NCBI RefSeq assembly: GCF_000143415.4
Contig: NW_003314289.1
Location: 1,730,293 to 1,794,292, forward strand
Length of the DNA: 64,000 nt
Direction: 5' to 3'
Source: Selaginella moellendorffii
Lineage: Eukaryota > Plantae > Lycopodiophyta
The notes beneath the pieces were generated by a model. The model ran no database searches. It was given only the letters and a program-made list of their open reading frames with translations, and had not been told where the DNA came from. Position 1 is the stretch's first letter. Every line of letters starts with the position of its first letter. Made by a program: the position numbers and the translations under genes. Shown piece by piece: positions 51,143 to 62,957 of this stretch.

Positions 51143-51544
51143 AGATGCAACAAACGATTGCTGTATCATACTAGAGGCATTCATGCGAAGGCAAGAAAGG
51201 AAATATAGAGATTCTTTGGGACACCATTCTCTAGAGACTAGCATTTGTACACAAAAGTTCCTTGTTCTACATGGTTGTGAAAAGAATCAAACGTTGTCAA
51301 AAGAAACAAACAAGAAACTACGTGTGAAGCTTCATGGTCAGTTGTGTGACTTTGTCAATCGCGTTCTATTTTCCCAGCCCACGTTTGAGAATTTTCCAGT
51401 CAAGCGCGTAGGTACCGGGAAGGCGGGCGGCTTCCTGGTATAAAAGCCCAACCAGGGAAACCCAGACAATTCATCGATCCCAGTCTGCAATCTTCCATCC
51501 TCTAGCCTGAAATTTGAGATTTTCTCTTTTTCTTCATAACACCC

Positions 51545-53110
51545 ATGGCAAGTTCATATCCAAAGGACAAGATTGCATTCCTGTACATCCACAGAGAGAG
51601 TGGTGAGATTGGCTTCGTCTCACAATCTGCGTCCAGGCATGTCCCAGTACTAGCAGCAAAGTGTGATTTCTTGTTCTCCTCCATGGTCGCGAGTGACAAG
51701 GCGGAAGATTTAGAGGCGGCTAAGCAGGCCACACGCTCAGTTGCTCCAGAGATGAACAAGTACACCATTTCCATGCTTGGAGCAGCAGCTGACCAGGAGT
51801 GGACAGCCACCGTCTACGAGAGATACATTGGGAGCGGGTTCGAGGGCGTGGTTTTCATCCAGGATCCCAATCTCCAGGAGGAGGACAGCGAGAGCATGAG
51901 CTATCTGGCCTCTCTGCTGCTGGACAACGGCGTCATGACCAGAGATTGCCTTCTGGAGCCCTTCAGCTCGCACACACCTCAAGAGGTGGACGACATCACC
52001 TCCCAAGTTGTGGACATCATCGAGAAGAATTACATCCACTTCCCAAAGCACGACCAGTGGTTCACAAGTGGGGGCAAGCAGAGGTTTGCGGACAAGGTGA
52101 GGTACCACGTCGCAAGAAACATTCCACTCGAGTTCGTCTTGCCCGCATTTCCAGTCAAGTCGTGCAATCCCGACAAGACTCTGGGAAAGTGCCCGGACAA
52201 GGCCGAGGAGCTGGCCATCCATTCCATGAAGATTGTTGCGGATCTCATCAAGGCCGTGTATGCTCCAGGCGTGCACTACAACGTCGCCTCGGATGGCCAT
52301 GTCTTCTCTGATCTCGTCGGCTCGGACGACGCTGCTGTGGATTCTTACGGCGAGATGTTTTGGGAGATGGCACACAATCTGTATCCCGGCCTTGTCAATT
52401 TCTTTCGCCTGGATGAGTTTCTGCTGGACAACCACAGTGACAAAGACATTGCAAAGCTTATCTCCAACACCACCGTGGAGCATCCCGTTGCGACTGAGCT
52501 CACCGCCAATGCAGAGAATGCCAGGCGAGCTCTCATGTGCTTGTTTGGATGTGACGAGTCAACCGTCACCAAGGAGATCAAGGAGGACCCGGAGACACGC
52601 AATCTATATCGTGGCTTCTCCAGGTTCATGCTCGAGGACTTGTACGAACACAAGAGCTGCAAGAATCTCCCGTCAAAGTCGGCCAAGAAGAAGCTGTGCA
52701 GCCAGGTTGCCTTCCTCATGATCCTCAGGAACCGTGCATACTCGGCCATGGTGGAGTGGCTCTTCCCTTTGCAGCTGCGCATTTCCATCCACCCGCATCC
52801 AAACAGAGGTCCCAAGTATGGCATCAACATCATCCATTCCTCTCTAGTGGCAGCGCAGCGTTCTTCCGAGGAGAAGAACTTCCACATCCCAACACCATGG
52901 CACAACGCGGTGGTGGAGCTGGCAGATGGCAAGTTCATGCTGCTGCACTCCAAAGTCATCCGAGGTTCGAGTATGCAGGCCACAGAAATGGCCTGTGAGC
53001 AGCTCGAGTTGAGTCAACAGTTGGTTCTCAAGCGTCAAGGCTACAGAATGACGCTGGTGACATATCCAGACGGCAGACCCAGCCACTACAGGCAGGTCAG
53101 TGTCTGCTAA
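51545..53110 (+). CDS. Isocyanide synthase, DIT1/PvcA family, copy 4 (521 aa; N97S and S140F vs copy 1)
   Basis: Intact ORF; catalytic-domain motifs unchanged. Confidence 0.93.
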   Translation: MASSYPKDKIAFLYIHRESGEIGFVSQSASRHVPVLAAKCDFLFSSMVASDKAEDLEAAKQATRSVAPEMNKYTISMLGAAADQEWTATVYERYIGSGFEGVVFIQDPNLQEEDSESMSYLASLLLDNGVMTRDCLLEPFSSHTPQEVDDITSQVVDIIEKNYIHFPKHDQWFTSGGKQRFADKVRYHVARNIPLEFVLPAFPVKSCNPDKTLGKCPDKAEELAIHSMKIVADLIKAVYAPGVHYNVASDGHVFSDLVGSDDAAVDSYGEMFWEMAHNLYPGLVNFFRLDEFLLDNHSDKDIAKLISNTTVEHPVATELTANAENARRALMCLFGCDESTVTKEIKEDPETRNLYRGFSRFMLEDLYEHKSCKNLPSKSAKKKLCSQVAFLMILRNRAYSAMVEWLFPLQLRISIHPHPNRGPKYGINIIHSSLVAAQRSSEEKNFHIPTPWHNAVVELADGKFMLLHSKVIRGSSMQATEMACEQLELSQQLVLKRQGYRMTLVTYPDGRPSHYRQVSVC

Positions 53111-54838
53111 TATGTGATAGACGGTTTTGATTCTGGGTAAATTCCCTCAGGCCCATTTTTTTGTAAATTTTAAAAAGAGTAAATACCATTTTCTCTCTCA
53201 CTTCTTTGTCTCCATCTGGAATTCTAAAATGAACCGTACAAACAGAAGAAATAGAGAACATATTGTTGACTGTATAGTGCTTCCTCTGTTACTACAAATA
53301 TATGAATACCATTACAGCAGTATAGGGGTCACTACTAACTTTGACAATCTTTTACTTCCGCTCCTTCTCTGGATCAATGTTGTGAAGAAGAAGCCCTGGA
53401 TTGAAAATTCTTCAATACCGACACTATTCACCGCCTAAGTTTTACGCTGTGTATATTTCAGTCCAATTTTGTAAGCGGCTCAAGCTGCACAACACGTTAC
53501 ATGCTTCGCTCCAGCGTAGGCCATCCTGTCTCCAAAAGGACGAGACGTGGTCTTTGGCAACTTGAGAACTTTAGGATGTGTTTGACAAGCCTTCTTTTTG
53601 AAACAAAGGTTTTTGCAGGACAATGTCATAGTCAAGTGGAATTTGTGGTCAAAGAATGTTTGCTACTTGTTTTGTGTTAAACACGTGTTTTAAGAGAAGG
53701 AAAGCAGCAAGAAGCTACCTGTTTTCTTTATGCAAAGTCTCAACCGCCTGATATATAAAATGTAACTATGGTTCTTGTTAGAATTAGATGGCCTGACTTT
53801 CTGTGGCAAGTTTGGATTCACATCAGATTCTCTTCTTTTTATGGAGCTTGCTTCCCTGGTATTTGTTTTCTTCCTTGTTGACTTACATAGTTCAAGTATA
53901 CATGGTAAGGCTTACCATGGTAAAGGAGTTCCAGCGCAAACTATCAGAGCGAGATATGTACTGTAGGCCCGTGCTTTGCCACCATCGCCTCCATCATACC
54001 AGTGCTTCACCCTTGCATTCAACTCAATCGTCATATGACTCAGACCACTCGCTAGCCAAAATTCGAACGACTGCATACTAGGTAAAGTCATGCCAATGGC
54101 TGACCTGTCCATTCTTTTTCTTGGCCATACATCATGTACCTCCTCCATGATTAACAATTTTATTCATAAACATTCACATGGTTTTGTTTGTGTAAATTAC
54201 TATGAATATACCTTGAAAGCATACACACCTGGGGGTTGTAACGTATGGCTGTGCCAAACATCCATGACTGGATTTCCATGGAAATAGCAGACATTTTGTG
54301 TCATCAAGATGCCAGATATGTGAAGCACTCAGTGTGGAATCAAAAGTCAAGTGGGGCTTCCCAGAGACATGAGGAGTGGCCCTGTTTGCATTGAGGACTA
54401 GGGGCCCCAGTATGCTTGACCCAGCAGCTCGTCTCCAGCAGCTCCAGCAGGTCGTCTCACTGCAGACTCCAGCTTTGGAGCGCTGCCTCCTGCGAGCTGC
54501 ACCGCTCGGGGCAGGAGTGCTGTGCCTTCACAGAGATTCATGCGTGTGGCTACAAGCTCTAGTAGATCCAACAATGAGGTATCCTTGGAACATGGCTTAT
54601 GTCCACATGCCAGCTCCACTCAAACTTCCAGCACCACCCAAGAGCTGTCTTGAGATGGGACCAGTTCCCCAGGACCCTTGGAGTGAGAGAGATTTCCCTG
54701 CCAACCAAGGGGTTTCCCACCACCTCTCTACCTATGCAAAACAGAAGAAATTCATCTACCCTTTGGCAGAAAAAACATGTATTAGTATTCATTATACTAT
54801 TTATAACATTATAGTATCCAAACAACAGATCCCTGAGA

Positions 54839-55908
54839 CCAAGACATGGCATTATCTACCAAGTATGGTTTTGCACATGGGACCTTCTCCGAACTCGGTA
54901 ACCGCAATGCTCGAAAATAGTCCTGCATATCATAAAACCAATCCTCCACCACCTTATAGTCGTTCACTCCCTTGAAAACTGGTGGGGGCTTTGGTTTGTA
55001 CTTGGGAACTACCTGAGGGACTGATTCCACTTCGGTCTGTTCGACCTTGTTTGGTTCTGCCTCAGTCCCTACCGAAGGGTCTGCACCTTCTACGCTGCTA
55101 GCATCCGCAGTCTTTCGCTTTTTTTTTCCACTTCTCGTCACGCTTTAGCTTGCGTACGAGAGTCTCCAGTAGGGCATTGGTCTGTGCCAACTGTCCTTCT
55201 AGCACGTCCAATCGAGCCTTGGACGACCGAACCTCGCCACCGGACTCCTGTTTGGAGGTTTCCTCACTAGAGTCCTCCTCATGCAAGGATTTCTCATCCA
55301 TAGCCTCTTGTTCGGCCGGAGGCTCGAGCTCTGGAGGAGGTCCATCTTTGCCTTGGTTCGTTTCCACTTTGCCTTTGCCATCTCCCAGCAATCCACCTCT
55401 ATCCTTCGCTAGAACTGAGGAAAAGGCTCCAATACCAAATTGTAAGCCATAAATTTTTCCTTTTCAATTTGCCAACTTACCTCGTCTATCCGTCCAACAC
55501 TACCTTGACTTTTGTTAAGTTCCCTCGCCAAGATTCCCACCTATGGTACCAGCTCTTACTTGGTCCTACTTGGTTTCAGCTACTCACTACACGAGCAATA
55601 GAGTGTTAGCCATCCATCCACGGATTCCCAAATCTTTCCCAATCCCCCTCCCCGGGTTAGACTGGACTTAAGGTTCGGCTGCACTCCCCGCAGGCACAAG
55701 CAGCCAAGCACACCAAGCCTCTAGGTTCCTAACATGATCATGAGACCCTCTATATCCCAAGTCTTGGGTGCAACACTTGCTTCGGGACGTTGGGGCGAAA
55801 CACTGTGGCCTAACAGCCCAGTATGGGTACCTCTACCCCCCACTTCCATCCCGAAGGAAGGCACAAGCCCCTAGGAAGGGCGAGGACCAATGAGCCGTAT
55901 AGTACTCA
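54839..55908 (-). mobile_element. Chromovirus element 5' part: truncated 5' LTR (55441-55908), PBS, gag N-terminus
   Basis: On the minus strand the LTR end ...GGCTTACA is followed by PBS TGGTATTGGAGCC. gag ...PPPVFKGVNDYKVVEDWFYDMQDYF...KPYLVDNAMSW breaks at 54839. Confidence 0.88.
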
Positions 55909-56097
55909 GACGTTAACAGATTGTGGTGCTAGATAACTAAAAACCAGTCAAGCTCCCATCTGAACGGAATGCAAGAGCAAATTGCTCTAAAACACAATGT
56001 AAGCAATGTGTTCATCAGATCTTCCTTGGAATCAAATTGGTTAACAGGCAGGCCTCTTGGCCCTCAAAAGCGTTGCATGATTGCAACTGTAGAGAGA
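55909..56097 (-). pseudogene. Inverted patatin 3' fragment, truncated at the LTR junction
   Basis: Reverse complement of the 18987-19180 / 7071-7270 region. Confidence 0.8.
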
Positions 56098-58730
56098 CAG
56101 ATGCTAGCCATTTCATCTAGAATTTTTGTACTAGAGAATGGTCTAATCCTTGGAGGTTTAATTACTTTGGTGGATTGCCCACTAATATTCTTTATATTTT
56201 GGCAAATCACTTGAGATAATCATACACTTCCCTAGCAATCATCTTTTGGCCCTCAAATTATTATATTATTGCAACATTGTCCCTCGGAGACACGTGGGAA
56301 ACTCACGTAAATGCTGAATATCATCCCAAAAATCAACCACACACATGTAGATTGGAGCATTCTCCTAAACATTTTCAAATGCATATTTGAACATGTCAAT
56401 AATTATGATGATGTATTTTAATAATTGGTTTGTCTTCATCAAGGACCATTTGAGTTAATGATGCAATTTAGCATTTATTTCTGAGCCTCTTGCTTTATGT
56501 AGAGCCAAATAATACTCTTTGCTTGGCACAATGTTATAAGACATTACTTCTTCTTCTCTTTCTATGGGAGATAGTCCTATTTTAATAAAGGTTGATGCTA
56601 TTGCTTCCCGAGTTTATAGACAAAGGCAAGGATGTGGTCATGGTCATGATATCTGCTGCTAGGCATTATAAGTGACTAATTTTTCCATTCTACTTTAATC
56701 ATTTAACCACACTTTTAACTATTTGGAAGAGTCTCACTCACAACCTCCATAAGTCCTATTTAGGACTTGGGGATATGCTAGCCTCGTGAATGGTATATAT
56801 GCCACTTAACCTTTGCACTTGGTTTAAGTGGTATATATTCCCGATCTCATAACTAACACCCAAAGGTACTATTGATATATCAACTTATTATACTAAGGCC
56901 ATGCTCATTCACTTTTATCATATCAATAGTCCAAGACCACCTACATCACGATCCTATCTCTCAAAGATTAAGCCATCCATCTATGAATGGTTATCCCTTG
57001 ACCACACTTTAGCACTTTTAGGATGCCCAGAAACATGCAAAACACCTTTCCCCAATGTCCTTTCTTCTGTCCCCACTAAGTGCTTCTTCATCCAAAGCCA
57101 TACTCACCAACCCCACCACTAAGTCAAGGCCCAAAAGCTTGACCACTAAATCCCATTGTCCTTTGGGACTTCCTCACTATGTGATTGTGTCTTTGGTCAC
57201 TACACTAGAGGACTGTTCCTCTTCATTTTTATAGTCTGGGACTTTAGGACAACATTTCGAAACACCACAACCCTACACGAGCTTCATAGGTACTCTCCCC
57301 ACCTTTCACCCTTAAATGCCTAACCATGTGGCTAGAGTGAGGTCCCAATGAGCCACACCAGGTATCTAAGTAGGTAGTGCCACTCACACCTAAATTGGGA
57401 GTATTGACCATTCGATCTCTCGGGGGAGCTAGAGCCGGCTTTTGAACACTTCACCAAGCTACCTTGCTTGTCTATCTGTATTCACTCAAGCTTTGGACTC
57501 CTCAGTGGATATACCATCACCCAACACATGGGTATAACCTTCCTTGGTCACACTAGCCTTTCTTAGCCAAACTAGTTCCATTAAAGTCCTCCCCTTGCTA
57601 TACTTTTGGAGCTCACTAAACCCCCTAGGGTTTAGGAGATGAACGCTTTGGGCTTTCACCCTCGGACTCGAACTTGGACTTGGACTCAGACTCGGTCTCG
57701 ATTTTGGTTTCAGTCTCGGTCTCGGTCTCGGTCTCAGTTTCAGTCTCGGTCTCGATCTTAGTCTTGATCTCTTTCTTAGTCTTGGTCTCAATCTCTTTCT
57801 CAGCCCAACCTCAGACTCTATCTCAGGTTCATCTAAGACTCGACCTCGGACTCCATCTCAGTTCCATCTTAGGTCCATCTTGGATCCATCTTAGGTCCAT
57901 CTTAGACTCCATCTTGGGTCCATATTAGACTCCATCTCGAGTCCATTTCGGGTCCATATTAAACTCCATCTCGGGTCCATATCAGACTCCATCTTGAACT
58001 TCGTCTTGGGTCTATCTTGGACTCCATTTTGACACTTCCACGTGTCATGTATTGGTCATTTTGTGTCCCTTTCCTAAAAACTTACTTACTGCTTGCTTCG
58101 TGCTCGTTCCTCGAGCACTTCATTGGGATTTCCACTCCCACTTTCGATTGTCCAAGTAAGAGGTTTTAGTCCAAATGTGTTATGCTTATTTGACTTCTGC
58201 TTTGGCTACTACCATGTGGCACCCTTTCGGCTCCACTTTAGGGATTAGGGATTTATGACACTTTGGGGTTTAGGGATTTGTATCTCACAAATGTGTGATG
58301 AAATTGGTCATGTTAGCATTTTCCAGATTAGCAACCTCTATTTTCTGGGTGGGGACCTTGGTGTCAACAACAACCTGTTGATATTGCTGCAATGGAAGGT
58401 CAGGACACCAAGATGTTTTTGAGAAACAAGGAGTCATACAAGTAGTAGAGGGTCTTTGTGTGAATAAATCTGTGACCCCTCCATTTTTCTTTCAGGAGTA
58501 TTATCAAAGGGTTTATTTGGCATAAGTTCATCTAGTATTTACTTTCCAAGCTCATTTTTATAATAAAATGTCTCATATTATTCTATCCATATTAGTTAAT
58601 ATAAACTTGAGTTTATCTTCTATTGCTCAATCTATGGTCACATGTTGCTATCTACATTTATGTCATGTGGCAAAATTAGTTTTCATTCTTTATAGCAACA
58701 GTTGTACATATGCATGTGCATGGAATAAGG

Positions 58731-59325
58731 TGTAAGCTCCTGAGTTTGGACTTCCCGGGAGGTCACCCATCCCAGTACTACTCAAACCCAAAGACGCTTA
58801 ACTCCAACTATCCCAAGACCCTTTACCGATTGAAAAAGGGGGTGCACTCTTATTCATGGGCCCTTTCCCTCTATATTTGAACCCCTATGGATCGTCTCTC
58901 GAGTTGTTCTCTTTGGTTGCTTACAATCCACCATGCTTCCTTGCAAGTTCACGCCCTCGTGAACGGAAGCTGAGAGCCGCAGCTCTCCCGAGAGCCCCGC
59001 TCTCTTGACACCCTACCCCTCGGGTCGAACCCAGCGGGAGCAAATTGGACCAGCCAGATGTCAATCAACATGTGGTGTGATTCCCCTAGCCAACCAACAG
59101 AGTCGGACCCGAGACCTCTATAATACCAAATGTAAGCTTCTGAGTTTGGACTTCCCAGGAGGTCACCCATCCCAGTACTACTCAAACCCAAGGACGCTTA
59201 ACTCCAACTATCCCAAGACCCTTAACCGATTGAAAAAGGGGGTGCACTCTTATTCATGAGCCCTTTCCCTCTATATTTGAACCCCTATGGATCGTCTCTC
59301 GAGTCGTTCCCTTTGGTTGCTTACA
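58731..59325 (-). mobile_element. Complete Cassandra-type TRIM (5S rRNA-derived segment in LTRs)
   Basis: 195-bp LTRs at 58731-58925 and 59131-59325 (TGTAAGC...GCTTACA; 7 mismatches) around a 205-bp non-coding interior. PBS-like TGGTATT. TSD TAAGG/TAAAG. The LTR minus strand reads AGTTAAGCGTCTTTGGGTTTGAGTAGTACTGGGATGGGTGACCTCCCGGGAAGTCC, matching the 5S internal control region. Confidence 0.92.
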
Positions 59326-59599
59326 TAAAGTAGACTTAATTATGCGTGTGGGAGATCTCGAGCTTAAACTGTAGTTGTTGCAGGTGCTACTAAGTCAAGT
59401 TTTTGCCCTCATCCTTTATATGGATTGGTTACAGCACAATCATGTTGAGTGTGACTTTATTACTTTTCCCATTGTCTTATACTTCTTTATATTTCTTGTA
59501 TTCCTCTCATTTCTGTTCTTTTTTGTCCTTTTGCCTTAATCACTTTTGTCACTTCATTATTTCCTCCTATGTTTCTGTTTTGTTCCTCTATTCCCTCTT

Positions 59600-62500
59600 T
59601 AGATCCCTTCAATGATTTTTGTGCTGTAGTGGTTGACTGACTTATGAAGGAGTATACCAATCTCTTTGAATTTGACTTGTCATCTGGGGCTAAAATTGCA
59701 ACACATCATTTTATTCCATTGGGGATGTTTGTCCAATCATAGTTCCTACTTATCATTGACCACCAATTAGATCAAATTTTATACATAAATGTCAAAGAGG
59801 TTGGAAAAGGGTGTTATCCAAAAGTTGTGAAGTCCTTGGGAGTGTGAATTTCATCTTGTGACAAAGTTTGATAGGAGTATTTATTTCTGCATCGATTATC
59901 ATCCATTAAATGGAGTGATGATCCCACCCTCTTTCTCACATTCCTGATCTTCTGGACTGTTTGGGGATAAATTGTTGGTTCACCAAGTTAAATCTTGCTT
60001 GTAGGTACTAGCAAGTGCCGATAGCCGAAGAAGATATTCTTAAAATTACTTTTGTACACCATTTAGTTTGTATGAGTTCTTGATCATGCCATTTGGTTTG
60101 AACAATGCTTCAACAATTTTCCAATGGATGATAAATAATGTTTTTTGTGATATGCTAGAGGTAACTGTTGACTTCATCAATGATGTCTTGATCTACTCAG
60201 AAGGGATATAGGAGGAACATGTTTGTGATATTCATAAAGTGTTAGATCGACTGTAGGAAGTTGATTTAAAGTTCAAGTGGTCAAATTGCATGTTTGGGTC
60301 CAAGAACACTACTTATCTTGGGTACCGTATTTCTCGTGAAGGTTTGCAAGTTGATCTTGAAAAATTTATAGCTATTCTCAAGTTCCCTACTTTAAAGTGT
60401 GTGAATGATGTGCAACGCTTTTTAGGCAAGGTGCAATATCTCAACCGTTTCATTGATCATTTTTTTTATTGTACAAAACCGTTATGAATATTGTTGAACT
60501 TGTTAATATTATCTTTCATTTGGTCCATAGATTGTGAGCAGGCATTTACAGATCTCAAAGAGTTGTTGATAGCTCCTCTAATTTTGGTATATCTTGATTA
60601 TACTATTTTGCATATGGATGCTTTTAATATTAGTTTTAGAGGTATGTTGATGCAAAAGAGCCTAAGTGTGCCTGGTCAATGCCATTTTATTGTATATATC
60701 AACCATACATTACAACTAATAGAGGCGAACTACTCTAAAATAGAAAAGGAGTGTTTAGCAATAGTTTGGGGTTTCAAGAAACTTTATACATATTTACATG
60801 GTTCTTGGACATTATTACAAAATGATCATATCGCAATTACTTTGTTATTGGTTGGTCATACTGCTTCGTGGGCATTAAAGCTTCAGATATATAATTTCGA
60901 TATTTTTTATCACCCAAAGAGTTTTATGACTAATATTAATGCCCTTTCTTGAGCTCCTATTCCTTTTTCACTTCTCATATTTTTATAAGTTTATTATTCT
61001 AGCATTTGTGAATTTTTTGAACAAGGATTCAATGCTATTAGCATTTGTTGTACTTGATGTTTAGTGTCCACAAAGTGTGGAGCTAGATTTACCTTATCTT
61101 GACAAAGTTCATGAGGCTCAAAAGATTAAACTGTTGATCTAAAGGTTTCACAATAGGTTTGAGAATTCCATATCACTTGTTAATAACTTGTTATGTCAAC
61201 ATTTACATTCTCAATATCACCTTAAAAATTACCTTTTTTATTTTGTAAAGATGGATTCTGATAATCATTTATGGCTGGTGGTGACTTCAATCATTATTCC
61301 ACACTTTCTTCATGTCTACCATGATTCTCTTATTCTAAGTGGGCATATAGGACATTATTGTATGACTAAGAAGTTGCACAAGTTTTTCTATTAGTTGGAT
61401 ATATGATATGATGCTATCTAGTATGTGTACTTGTATTTAGTACTAAGCTCATAATACTACCCTTTGTGCTACAAAAGGGCAATTAGAGTCAATTGTAATT
61501 TCTTGTCCATTTGTCCATTTGAGTTGGTGGCATTTAACTTGATAGAGCCTTTTCCACATTTGACTATTAGCAATAAGTATATCAATATTACTTCGGATTA
61601 CTTACCTCACTAGGTGGAGGTTGGTGGTTTTGTTAATGTGTTTGCAATTGCTGTTAAATACTTCTTCCTTAATCGAGTAGTTGTAAGCTCTTGAGTTTGG
61701 ACTTCCCAGGAGGTCACCCAGCTCAGTACTATTCAAACTCAATGACGCCTAACCCCAAATATCCCAAAACCCTTAACCGATTGGAAAAAAGGGGTGCACT
61801 TTTGTTCATGGGCCTTTTCCCTTTATTTTTGAATCTCATGGACTATCTCTCAAATCGTTCTCTTTGGTTGCTTACAATCCACCATGCTTCCCTGCAAGTT
61901 CACACCCTCGTGAACGGAAGCTGAGAGCCATAGCTCTCCCGAAAGCCCTGCTCTCTTGACACCCTACCCCTCGAGTCGAGCCCAATGCGAACAAACTAGA
62001 CCAACCAGATGTCAATCAACATGTGGTGTGATTCCCTAGCCAACCAATAGAGTCGGACCCAAGACCGCTCCAATACCAAATGTAAGCTCCTAAATTTGGA
62101 CTTCCTAGGAGGTCACCCAACCCAGTACTATTCAAACCCAAGGACATTTAATCCCAAATATCCTAAAACCCTTAATCGATTGGAAAAAAAGGTGCACTTT
62201 TATTCATGGGCCCTTTCCCTTTATATTTGAACCCTATGGACCATATCTCAAGTCGTTCTCTTTGGTTGCTTATAGTAGTGTTTCAGTATTACTGTCTGGA
62301 GTGGATTCTTTTGGAGATCTCTACTATTGCTTGGATGTGGATCTTGTGGGAGACAATGATGGAGGCCTAAGCTAGGTTGGACTTTGCCATTCTAGGTTCT
62401 CCGGATAATAGTCCTGCATTTATGGATTAAGCATTTTATGTTTTAATGTTTTGGTTGGGGATATACCACCCGTTTACAAGTGTTTATTATCCATAGTCAA

Positions 62501-62770
62501 ATGGTTTGGTGGAATGGCTCATACAAACCTTCAAAAAGATAATTGCAAAATATATGAACTTTTAACATTCGAATTAAGATGGTTATTTGCTATCCTTTTG
62601 GTATGCATATGTTATAGGGGTGCAAAGTTCTATTAGTTTTTCACGATATAAACTCCTATATGGTCATAATCTGATATTGTTAACAAAGTTGAGTTTACTT
62701 TCGCAATTGCCACGAGTTGTTGATATTAGGTCTTAAGATTAGTATTTGATGAGCATTCTTCCACTAGTGT
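59600..62770 (+). mobile_element. Decayed Ty3/gypsy pol (RT-RNase H-integrase), old family, interrupted by a TRIM
   Basis: YEFLIMPFGLNNASTIFQW, YLGYRISREGLQVD...VQRFLGKVQYLNRFI, EANYSKIEKECLAIVWGFKK. Many stops. Confidence 0.82.
61682..62274 (-). mobile_element. Complete Cassandra-type TRIM, older copy
   Basis: LTRs at 61682-61876 and 62081-62274 carry the 5S segment. PBS TGGTATTGGAGC. Perfect TSD GTAGT (61677-61681, 62275-62279). Confidence 0.9.
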
Positions 62771-62921
62771 AAGTAGAGTCTACCAAACATTTGAGCCACA
62801 TATAAATGGGACAATAACAGTGCTATATTACTTAGTGGAAAGGACCGTATTAGGTGTTGTGGCAAGTTGGACCACAAGTTTATGAGGTTCAGCATAACGT
62901 CAAACAAGTTGATCCTTTAAA

Positions 62922-62926
<5 letters not shown>

Positions 62927-62956
<30 letters not shown>
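62927..62956. repeat. (TA)n microsatellite
   Basis: About 15 TA units. Confidence 0.9.

Positions 62957-62957
<1 letters not shown>

Noticed and set aside
58748-58803. 5S rRNA gene
   Set aside because: Only the internal ~56 bp matches, and it lies inside TRIM LTRs with TSDs. The 5S 5' and 3' ends are missing.
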